Shown here: positions 18,757-29,517 of the stretch, piece after piece
Numbering within the stretch: position 1 is the stretch's first letter
How the letters are laid out: each line of letters begins with the position of its first letter
Source: an uncultured delta proteobacterium
Lineage (GTDB): Bacteria; Myxococcota_A; Polyangia; Fen-1088
Assembly: GCA_963737265.1 (NCBI GenBank)
Contig: CAVTRY010000016.1
Span: forward strand, 1 to 64,000
Length of the DNA stretch: 64,000 nt
Reading direction: 5' to 3'
Program-made: the position numbers and the translations under genes
Notes under the pieces: model-generated
What the model was told of the DNA's origin: nothing
Databases searched by the model: none
Seen by the model: the letters and a program-made list of their open reading frames with translations, nothing else

Positions 18757-19385
18757 GCCTCCACCGTTTCGGGATCCCAGATGAGCCGGGGATCGAACGC
18801 CCGCGTGGCCATCATCGTGAGCACGACGACCGCACCGAAGGCGATCGCCGCCGGCCCCACGCTGATTCTGGCCAGGCCGCGCAGCTGCACCAGCTTGCTG
18901 AGGATCGCGGCGACGAAGATGTCGGTCATCGACCAGCGGCCGATCCGTTCCAGCATGCGATAGAGGCGCGCCCGCGTCAGGCGTGCGCCCCGCCAGCGCC
19001 GGTGCACCGAGAGCAGCAGCGCCCCCAGCGTCAGCAGCTTGGCGAGCGGGATCAGGATGCTGGCGATCAGGATGACCAGCGCGAGCGGCCAGGCGCCGCC
19101 GCTCCAGAGGTACTTGATCCCGCTCATGATCGTGTCGCGCTGGGATCCAAACGGCGTGCTGGTCTGCAAGATGGGCAACAGGTTCGCGGGCGCGTAGAGC
19201 ACCGCCGCCGCCAGGAGCAGCGCCAGCGCCCGCGACTGGCTGTGCGGTTTGCGCGCCCGCAGCGGCAGGCCGCAATGGACGCAGCCCGGTCGCCGCAGGA
19301 CCGGCTCGGTGCTCCCGCAACGGTTGAGCATCCCGCAGGCCGGACAGAGGAGGAGGCCCCCGCGCGCGGCGGTCGGCGGCGTCAT
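18753..19385 (-). CDS. pqiA: Paraquat-inducible protein A (C-terminal half)
   Basis: CPAC...CVHC, YAPANLLP, IGRWSMTDIFV, FDPRLIWD. Confidence 0.92.
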   Translation of the reverse strand: MTPPTAARGGLLLCPACGMLNRCGSTEPVLRRPGCVHCGLPLRARKPHSQSRALALLLAAAVLYAPANLLPILQTSTPFGSQRDTIMSGIKYLWSGGAWPLALVILIASILIPLAKLLTLGALLLSVHRRWRGARLTRARLYRMLERIGRWSMTDIFVAAILSKLVQLRGLARISVGPAAIAFGAVVVLTMMATRAFDPRLIWDPETVEA

Positions 19386-20008
19386 GCGCGGTCGGTTCCG
19401 GGCGGCTGCCAGGTCAGCCTTCCCGCCAGCTCGCGGACGTCGAACCCCGTCGGGATCGCCGCCATCGCCAACATGAGCGCGCCGAAGGCCCACAAGCCGA
19501 CCCCCACGTCGACGTGCGCCGACCGGCCCAGCCTGCCGAGCGCGACCAGCGTCCCCAGCACCAGAACGTCGATCATGCTCCAGGGCCGCACGGCGCCCAG
19601 CAGGCGCAGCGCGAGCGGGCGGCAGCGGCGGCGCGGCGCGAGGCGCAGGACCGCAAGCAGGTAAAGGGTCACTCCGATCTCGAGGGCCGGCATCACGACC
19701 CCCGTCGCCAGGACCAACGCCCCGACGTCGAGCAGGTGTTGGTCGCCCAAGGCCAGGACCACCCCGAGGAGGGTTGTCGAAGTGCGGTCCCCCTGCGCCT
19801 CCAGCCCCACCATCCGCGAGCAGTTGGCGATCAGAAAGAGCACCGCCGCCGTGGCGGCGTAGGCGAGCGCCCGCTCGAGCCCGCCAGGAACGTTGCGGTA
19901 GAGGAAGGCTCGACAGCGCGCGCAGCGCACACGCGCGCGCGTGGCCAGCCGCGGCTCGCGTTGGATCAGGTCGCATTCCGGACAAGCGGTGAGAGGGACG
20001 GCGGACAT
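19382..20008 (-). CDS. pqiA: Paraquat-inducible protein A (N-terminal half)
   Basis: ACPECDL...CARC, RPWSMIDV. Confidence 0.9.
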   Translation of the reverse strand: MSAVPLTACPECDLIQREPRLATRARVRCARCRAFLYRNVPGGLERALAYAATAAVLFLIANCSRMVGLEAQGDRTSTTLLGVVLALGDQHLLDVGALVLATGVVMPALEIGVTLYLLAVLRLAPRRRCRPLALRLLGAVRPWSMIDVLVLGTLVALGRLGRSAHVDVGVGLWAFGALMLAMAAIPTGFDVRELAGRLTWQPPGTDRA

Positions 20009-20097
20009 GGCTGTTGCAGGCTATTGCCGCTTCACCTTGCGGACGCCGCAAACGCAGGGAAGTCGGGTGATGGCTTAAAACGGTCGCGCCCAGGGAC

Positions 20098-20574
20098 GTG
20101 GGGGCCATCCTCTCCATCTCTTGCAGCAGCGGCGGATCGCAGTCGTCGCGCGATGCCGCGACGATCGGGACCGGGGGCACGGCCGGCGCCGGAACGGGCG
20201 GAGCCGGCGCCGTTGCCGTGTCAGGCGAACTTGTCGGGTGCGGTGGATGGAGTCGACGCCGCGCCGTGGCGGGTGCCGGCACCACGGTCAGCGAAACCGA
20301 CATGCTCAGTCCAGGCAACGACGTTGCCAGGATTCGGGGCTTCTTTGTTCATCCCCGGTGGGCTCGACGTGGAATTGGAACGGCATTGTTGAAGAAATGC
20401 GAGGGGGAAGCACGAGCAGCCGGCTTCCACTCCCTTGAGCTTCTTGCGACGCTGCCGGGTGAGCGGCTCTACGCATCTCGCGGATACGCGTCCGGTGAGC
20501 CGTATGAGTTTCCATTGAGACACGGCCAGTCGAACACGGTCATCCCTATGCGGAAGCTTCTCCATGACCATTGA
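20098..20574 (+). CDS. N-truncated GNAT acetyltransferase fused to a lipoprotein-like Gly/Thr leader (possible pseudogene)
   Basis: LVGCGGWS, ARIRGFFVHPRWARRGIG, LLATLPGERLY; preceded by LSISCSSGG...GTGG. Confidence 0.65.
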   Translation: MGAILSISCSSGGSQSSRDAATIGTGGTAGAGTGGAGAVAVSGELVGCGGWSRRRAVAGAGTTVSETDMLSPGNDVARIRGFFVHPRWARRGIGTALLKKCEGEARAAGFHSLELLATLPGERLYASRGYASGEPYEFPLRHGQSNTVIPMRKLLHDH

Positions 20575-20647
20575 ACCGCCCCAGCGCCGGTCCCCGGTGG
20601 CGATGAGGCCGGTTGCCGGTTGGGCGGGAGATCCGTAGCCTCTGCGG

Positions 20648-22117
20648 GTGTCCCGCCCCAAGCCCGCCGTCGACCAGCGTCCGCCCCGCTCACGTTCGCT
20701 GGGCGCGGCTGAGTCCTGTGCTGCGGTTGTGCTTTGCGCTGCGCTGGCGGCCGGGGCCTGCGGCGGCGGCGACGAAGATCCGATCGACGTCTCGGTGGCG
20801 ATTGACTCTTCCGTGACCCACCAGACCTTGGTGGGCTTCGGCGCCGCGACCGCTTACCAGGCCTATCTGCTGGCGAACCGCACCGACGACATCTTCCAGG
20901 TCCTTTTCGTCGACTCCGGTCTCGACATCTTGCGCCTCGGGAACTGGTACCAGAACCAAAACCAGACCGACACGACCACCACCCCCTTCAGCGACAGCGA
21001 GGAGGTGCAGATCGTCCAGAAGGCCACCGCCGCCCGCGGGGGCACGCCCCCCAAGATCCTCATGTCCTCCTGGACGCCACCCGCGTACCTCAAGAGCAAC
21101 GGAGTGACCAAGCCCGCGTTCGGCAGCGGCTCGAGCACTCCGGCCGGCACCCTGGTCCAGAGCGGCGGCGCGTATGCGTACGCAGATTTCGGCGACTGGT
21201 GGGGGCGATCTCTCCAGGCCTATGCGGGGCAGGGGGTGGTGCCCGACTGGGTCAGCATTCAAAACGAGCCCGACTTCTTCACCAGCCAGTGGGAGACGTG
21301 CGTCTTCGGCCCCACCGAAGGAGCCACCGTGGCCGGCATCGCGGCCGCCGGTTACGGGCAAGCCTTGGATGCGGTCGGGAGCGCGATTCAAGCGGCAACC
21401 TTGGCCTCGCCGCCCGTCCTGCTCGGCCCGGAGACCACCGGGTTCCAGGGCAACATCGTGCAGCAGTATCTGAACGGTCTCGACCCGTCCAAGCTGGGCG
21501 GGATCGCCCATCATCTGTACGGCAACATCGGAGACAATCCGGCGCCCGACACCTTCGATGCGTCGATGCTCGACCTCGCGAAATCGGGCGCGGCGGAGGG
21601 GCTGCCGAACTTCATGACCGAATACTCGCCCAACGCGCCCACCATGTTCGACACCGCGTGGCTCATCAACAACGCGCTGACGGTCGAAAATGCGTCGGCC
21701 TACATCTACTGGGAGCTGGTCTGGACCAATTCGACGCCGACGACCGGGCTGGTGTCGATCGCGAGCCCATCTCCGAGCGCGCCGTACACCATCAACGACC
21801 TCTACTACGCGCTCAAGCACTTCGCCCGCTGGACCGATCCTGGCTGGGTTCGGGTCGATGCGACCTCCTCGGTTTCCGCCGTACGAGCGTCGGCCTTTGT
21901 GAGCCCTGAGGGGACCAGCCTCACCCTGGTGCTCCTCAACACCGACGTCGGCGAGTCCCACCTCGTTTCGGTGAGCCCGGGCGCCTTTCCGTTCGGAACG
22001 CTCACCGTCTATCGCAGCTCGGGCGACAGCGAACGCGCCACACCCGTCGCACCGGAGAGCGACGGCAGCATTTCTCTCCCTGCGCGCTCGATCGCGACCA
22101 TCACCTACACGCCCTAG
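20648..22117 (+). CDS. Glycoside hydrolase family 30 (xylanase-like) lipoprotein
   Basis: QTLVGFG, SWTPPAYLKSN, SIQNEPD acid/base, HHLY, MTEY nucleophile, C-terminal beta domain. Confidence 0.88.
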   Translation: MSRPKPAVDQRPPRSRSLGAAESCAAVVLCAALAAGACGGGDEDPIDVSVAIDSSVTHQTLVGFGAATAYQAYLLANRTDDIFQVLFVDSGLDILRLGNWYQNQNQTDTTTTPFSDSEEVQIVQKATAARGGTPPKILMSSWTPPAYLKSNGVTKPAFGSGSSTPAGTLVQSGGAYAYADFGDWWGRSLQAYAGQGVVPDWVSIQNEPDFFTSQWETCVFGPTEGATVAGIAAAGYGQALDAVGSAIQAATLASPPVLLGPETTGFQGNIVQQYLNGLDPSKLGGIAHHLYGNIGDNPAPDTFDASMLDLAKSGAAEGLPNFMTEYSPNAPTMFDTAWLINNALTVENASAYIYWELVWTNSTPTTGLVSIASPSPSAPYTINDLYYALKHFARWTDPGWVRVDATSSVSAVRASAFVSPEGTSLTLVLLNTDVGESHLVSVSPGAFPFGTLTVYRSSGDSERATPVAPESDGSISLPARSIATITYTP

Positions 22118-22312
22118 GCGGCGCTCATGAACGATCTGCTCCATTGCAACGACTCGACAGGGACCACCGGTCGGAAGTCGGGCCTGGCCACCTAATACAA
22201 AGCCCCAAAAGCTCTGCCATAGCCAGACGCGAAGCGACAGCTGCGATATCGTCGGTGCGATGTACGCAACGCGCGTGGTGGTACGGCCGAGTCGGAACCT
22301 GCGGGAAGGCCA

Positions 22313-22732
22313 ATGACCAAGATCTTCATCGTCGATGATCATCCCATCTTGTGCGAGGTCCTGGCCGCCATGCTCGACAGCAGTCCAGCATTCGAGGTCG
22401 TCGGCATTGCGTCCAGCATTCGCGAGACGTTGGCCGCCGTGAAGCGCTGCCGACCCGATCTCATGTTGATCGATCTGGCGCTCCAGGACGGAACCGGGAT
22501 TCAACTGGTGCGCACGTTGCGGCGGCTCGGAGTCGAGGCCCGCGTGTTGATAGTCACCGGGATCAACAGCTCGGCCATCGCCGCCGAAGCGTTTTCGGCG
22601 GGCGTCGCGGGCTATCTCCTCAAAGAGCAATCGCCCGACGAGCTTCTCACGGCGATCCATGCGGTGGCGCGGGGCGGAAGGTACATCGCCCCGGGCGTCG
22701 CCACCTGTGGGCAAGTGGCACTCGCAAACTGA
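22313..22732 (+). CDS. NarL-type response regulator receiver, HTH missing
   Basis: IVDDHPI, LIDLALQDGTG, GYLLK...GGRYI; stops before the LuxR HTH. Confidence 0.8.
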   Translation: MTKIFIVDDHPILCEVLAAMLDSSPAFEVVGIASSIRETLAAVKRCRPDLMLIDLALQDGTGIQLVRTLRRLGVEARVLIVTGINSSAIAAEAFSAGVAGYLLKEQSPDELLTAIHAVARGGRYIAPGVATCGQVALAN

Positions 22733-22936
22733 GTCGCCAGGAAGACGCAACCGAAGGTGATTGGCCGCACGCCCTCTCCAGGGCTAAGGCTGCCCGGCAG
22801 GCCCTGATGGCGGATAGCGAGGTGCGCCCGCGATCGCAGTTACGTGGACGGCGGAGATCTGATAAGCCGTAGGCTGTCATGTCGCTTTCCGTGAAGTGGG
22901 GATCCGGGGAGCGGGGTTGGCGGAGAGTCTCGTTCC

Positions 22937-25540
<2,604 letters not shown>

Positions 25541-25557
25541 AAGCAAGGGAGGGCGCG

Positions 25558-27390
25558 ATGGCCAACTTCGAGCAGATGTCGAAAGAGGAGCTGATCGCGG
25601 CGTTGCGGGCGCTCGACGCTCGCCCCGCGCCCGAGAAGATTCCGTTCGAGAGCGTTGCCCTGTTGCACGATCTCGAGGTCCATCAGATCGAGCTGGAGAT
25701 GCAGAACCGCCAGCTGCGCGAGACCGAGGCGCGGCTCGAAGAATCGACGCGGCGGTACAGGGATCTCTACAACTTCGCCCCGGTCGTCTATTTCACGCTC
25801 GATCTCGAAGGGCGCATCCAGGAAGCCAACTTGACGGCGGCCAGCTTGCTCGGAATCGAGCGGGGACATCTGGTTGGAAAGCCGATCATCTCGTTCGTGA
25901 CGCCGACGCATCGTGTGCGGTTGCATGGTCATCTTCAACGCTGTTTCACCCAGCGCATCGAAGTCAGCGAGGAGCTGGACCTTTGCCTTCGCGGAATGCC
26001 GGAGGTGACCGTGCAGGCGACCAGCGTGCCGACCTTCGATGAGGCCGATCGAATCGTCGGATGCAGGACGACCCTGACCGATATCTCGGCGCGGAAGCGC
26101 ACGGAGGAGCGGCTGGTGCTGCTGGCGTCGGCGAGCCAGACGTTGGCGTCATCGCTCGACGTGGAGAGCTCCATCTACGAGGTTCTTCGCGCCGTCCTCC
26201 CCTCGTTGGCGGACGCTGCCTGGATCGACCTCATCGACGGCGACGAGATGCGGCGATTGGGGGCGCACCGCGAGCCGCCCCAGGGGAGGGGGGCCAGCGT
26301 GGAGATCACCAGGTCGTCGCGTCCGCTCCGGTCGATCGGCCCGGACGCGCCGGAGACGCGGGTCCTCGAATCGGGCAAGCCGATTCTGATCGCGCGCCGC
26401 GATTCACAGCCGCTCTCCGGGCGCGACGGTTTCGATCATGAGCCTTTCATTCGAGAGAGCGGCGCCAGATCGCTGCTCTACATTCCGCTGTCGTCCCGTG
26501 GGAAGAGCTGGGGTCTCTTCACGCTCATCTCCTTCGACGACAAACGGGCCTTTGAGGGGGCCGATCTGATGTTTGCGACGGATCTCGCCTCCCGCGTCGC
26601 GACGGCCATCGACAACGCCCGTCTCTATCGCGAAGCCAGGGAGGCGGTCCGCGGGCGGGAGGACGTGCTTTCGTTCGTCGCGCACGATCTCCGGACGTTC
26701 CTCTTCGGATCGCGCCTCGGAATCGACACCCTCCTGCGTCCGGTCCCTGGAGGAGACCGGCGCCGAGGCCGCAAGGAGCTCGAGCGTATTCAGCGATTGA
26801 ACGCCCAGATGGCGCGCATGATCGAGGATCTGCTCGACCTTTCCAGCCTCGATTCCGGCCGGCTTTCGCTGAAGCTCTCCGAGCAGCCTGTCGGAAACTT
26901 GGTATCGCAAGCGATCGAAGCGCTGGCCGCCACGGCAGCGGAAGGCGGCGTCGCTCTGGCGACCGACGTCACCGAACCCGCCACGCTGGTCCGTTGCGAC
27001 GCCGCGCGGGTCATGCAGATCCTGGGCAATCTGGTGGCGAATGCTTTGAAGTTCACGCCGGAGGGCGGGTCGATTGCGGTCTCGGCCTCTGGCGCCGGCG
27101 AGAACGTCCAGTTCGCCGTGCGCGATCCTGGACCGGGCATCGCACCCGAGCAGCTGGAGCACCTGTTCGAGCGGTATTGGCGGGGGCGCGCCAACGCCCA
27201 GAAAGGGCAGGGCCTGGGTCTCTACATTGCGAAACAGCTGGTCGAGGCGCAGGGCGGCCGGATCTGGGTGGAGAGCCGCGTCGGCGCGGGAACCACCTTC
27301 TCTTTCACGCTTCCAAAAGCGACTCCTGCCGGTCCAGCCGCCGATCCAATCGACAACGTGCCGGACCAGGTGCGAAGGACGACCGGCTAG
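25558..27390 (+). CDS. PAS/GAF sensor histidine kinase
   Basis: LHDLEVHQIELEMQN, PAS, GAF, AHDLR, NALKFT, GQGLGL; GGGAGG RBS. Confidence 0.93.
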   Translation: MANFEQMSKEELIAALRALDARPAPEKIPFESVALLHDLEVHQIELEMQNRQLRETEARLEESTRRYRDLYNFAPVVYFTLDLEGRIQEANLTAASLLGIERGHLVGKPIISFVTPTHRVRLHGHLQRCFTQRIEVSEELDLCLRGMPEVTVQATSVPTFDEADRIVGCRTTLTDISARKRTEERLVLLASASQTLASSLDVESSIYEVLRAVLPSLADAAWIDLIDGDEMRRLGAHREPPQGRGASVEITRSSRPLRSIGPDAPETRVLESGKPILIARRDSQPLSGRDGFDHEPFIRESGARSLLYIPLSSRGKSWGLFTLISFDDKRAFEGADLMFATDLASRVATAIDNARLYREAREAVRGREDVLSFVAHDLRTFLFGSRLGIDTLLRPVPGGDRRRGRKELERIQRLNAQMARMIEDLLDLSSLDSGRLSLKLSEQPVGNLVSQAIEALAATAAEGGVALATDVTEPATLVRCDAARVMQILGNLVANALKFTPEGGSIAVSASGAGENVQFAVRDPGPGIAPEQLEHLFERYWRGRANAQKGQGLGLYIAKQLVEAQGGRIWVESRVGAGTTFSFTLPKATPAGPAADPIDNVPDQVRRTTG

Positions 27391-27397
27391 AGCGCGG

Positions 27398-28456
27398 TCA
27401 GCGGCCAGCGGTCAGGGGTCGGCGGCCGGCGCTCACGGGGGCGCCGACGGGCGAGCTCACGCGCGCCGCGGGGGCCGGAGCGTAGTCGTTTTCGACGAAC
27501 CAGGTCACGGCGCGTTCGAACGCCGGCTCGATCGGGCTCTGGGGGAATCCCAGCTCGCGGACCGCCTTGCTGGCGTCGAAGAACATCATCGACTTCGACA
27601 TCCGCACGCCAGCGAGCGGGACGCGGGGTTCGCGGCCGAGCCACCGGGAGAGCGGCTCGTCGAGGTGCGCGATGGCCAGCGGAATCCAGTGCGGCAGCTT
27701 GAGCCGTGGCGGCCGCCTCCCCGTCAGCCGCCCGAGCAGCTCGAGCACCTGTTGCAAGGTGAGGTTCACGGCGCCGAGGATGTAGCTCTCGCCGGGGCGC
27801 CCCCGGTCGGCGGCCAGGAGGTGTCCCAGCGCCACGTCGCGCACGTCGACCAGGTTGAGGCCGGTGTCGACATACGCGGGAAGGCGGCCGTTCAGGAAGT
27901 CGACCACGATTCTTCCGGTGGGCGTCGGCTTGGCGTCCCGCTCGCCGATCGGCGTCGACGGGCTCACCACCACGATGGGGAGGCCCCGATCGATCCAGCT
28001 CTCCACCTCCCGCTCGGCGAGGAACTTGCTGCGCTTGTAGTCGCCGACCATCTCCTCGAGATGCCCCCGGGCGTTCTCGTTGGCGGGCGTCCGGCCGCCG
28101 AGGGCGAGCGTGCCGACGGAGCTGGTGTAAATCACCCGTCTGACGCCGAGCGCGGCGGCGAGCTCCAGCACATTCCGCGTACCGTCGACGTTGCTGCGGT
28201 AGATCTCGGCCGGCTCACGGGCGTAGAGGCGATAGTCGGCCGCGCAGTGGAACACCACCTCCGCGCCGCTCATCGCCCGGCGCAAGGAGCTCCTGTCGGT
28301 GAGATCGCCGATGATCCAATCGATCGGCAGCTCCTCCAGATCGGCGCGGTGACTGGTCGGCCGGCAGAGACAGCAGAGGCTATCGCCGCGCGCCACCAGA
28401 GCCTGCGCCACGTGCGATCCGATGAAGCCCGTCGCCCCGGTCAAAAACACCCGCAT
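27398..28456 (-). CDS. hpnA: Hopanoid-associated NAD-dependent sugar epimerase (HpnA/DFR-like)
   Basis: TGATGFIG, HCAADYRL, YKRSK, PTPTGR, DTGLNLVDVRDVA. Confidence 0.85.
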   Translation of the reverse strand: MRVFLTGATGFIGSHVAQALVARGDSLCCLCRPTSHRADLEELPIDWIIGDLTDRSSLRRAMSGAEVVFHCAADYRLYAREPAEIYRSNVDGTRNVLELAAALGVRRVIYTSSVGTLALGGRTPANENARGHLEEMVGDYKRSKFLAEREVESWIDRGLPIVVVSPSTPIGERDAKPTPTGRIVVDFLNGRLPAYVDTGLNLVDVRDVALGHLLAADRGRPGESYILGAVNLTLQQVLELLGRLTGRRPPRLKLPHWIPLAIAHLDEPLSRWLGREPRVPLAGVRMSKSMMFFDASKAVRELGFPQSPIEPAFERAVTWFVENDYAPAPAARVSSPVGAPVSAGRRPLTAGR

Positions 28457-28534
28457 CGCCCCTCACCTGCCGCCCCTACACAACCTAAGAACTTCCCGAG
28501 CGAGACAACCTACGAGGATTCTGGATTGTGGATC

Positions 28535-29449
28535 TCAGTCGGCGTTGGAGAGCCCGACGCCAGTGGGTGCACGCGGAGCGAGCTCCTGCGCCACCTCGGC
28601 CGCGACCGAGGCGACCTCGACCTTCGACAGCTTCGCGCCAAGGCCTCGTTCCGCCAGGATTCGAAGATTGGAGCGGGCCAGCCCGGCGATGAAGGCGTTG
28701 AAGGCGATCAGCCCCGACTGGGTCGCGGCCTGGCGTAAGAGATCGACGTATTCTTCGGCCGCGGACACGGCCTGGTCGGCCAGATCCAGGATCGTTCGGA
28801 GGTCGACGCCGCGGGGAAGGTAGACGCGCCCCTCCTCGGCGTCGCGCGGAGCGTCCTTCAAGATGTTGACCAGCTGCAGTCCCTCGCCGAAGGCCGCGGC
28901 CCGATTGCGAAGCTCTTCCGCGAAGGGGGCCAGCTCCGACCGGTCCAGCAGGTAGAGCTCGGTCAGCATCTCGCCCACGATCCCGGCCACCGAATAACAA
29001 TAGTCGCGAAGCTCTTCCACGGCGCCGAGGGCGAGACGATTTTGTTCGTCCGAGCGGCGGACGAACTGTTTCATTCCGTCGACGCTTCGGGCGACGTGCC
29101 GGCGGATCGCCACCCGTGCCGCAAGCGGCAGGGCGCCAAAGTCGCGCAGGACGAGAGGCATCCTGGCCAGGAGCTCCCGGTACCCGGCGTGCTCGACCGG
29201 GGGCTCCCGCAGGCAATCGGCGGCCAGCGCGTCGGCGGCGAGCGGATCCTGGTCCAGGAGCTCGACGAACCGCTCGAGTGCCGCCAGCCGTCGCTCCCGT
29301 GGCCACAGCAGAGCATCCTCGAACGTGTCCGCGATCCGGAACAACAGATAGGCGATCCCGACCTGATTGCGCGTTGGCTCCGGCAGGAGCGGGATGGCCA
29401 ACGCGAAGGTCCGGCTCGTCTTCTGCAGCAGGTCGTCGATGACTGACAT
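28535..29449 (-). CDS. Squalene/phytoene synthase family protein (squalene synthase-like)
   Basis: SRTFALAI, RIADTFED, YCYSVAGIVG, LQLVNILKD...GRVYLP. Confidence 0.9.
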   Translation of the reverse strand: MSVIDDLLQKTSRTFALAIPLLPEPTRNQVGIAYLLFRIADTFEDALLWPRERRLAALERFVELLDQDPLAADALAADCLREPPVEHAGYRELLARMPLVLRDFGALPLAARVAIRRHVARSVDGMKQFVRRSDEQNRLALGAVEELRDYCYSVAGIVGEMLTELYLLDRSELAPFAEELRNRAAAFGEGLQLVNILKDAPRDAEEGRVYLPRGVDLRTILDLADQAVSAAEEYVDLLRQAATQSGLIAFNAFIAGLARSNLRILAERGLGAKLSKVEVASVAAEVAQELAPRAPTGVGLSNAD

Positions 29450-29517
29450 GAGGAAAAGGCTAAGTCTGCCCTTGCGGAGCACAACCCGAGTGATCCCCTC
29501 TCTGCGGTGGGGGCTCG

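Noticed and set aside
18753-20008. Split pqiA as a pseudogene
   Set aside because: Two-gene pqiA with ATGA coupling is a normal arrangement.
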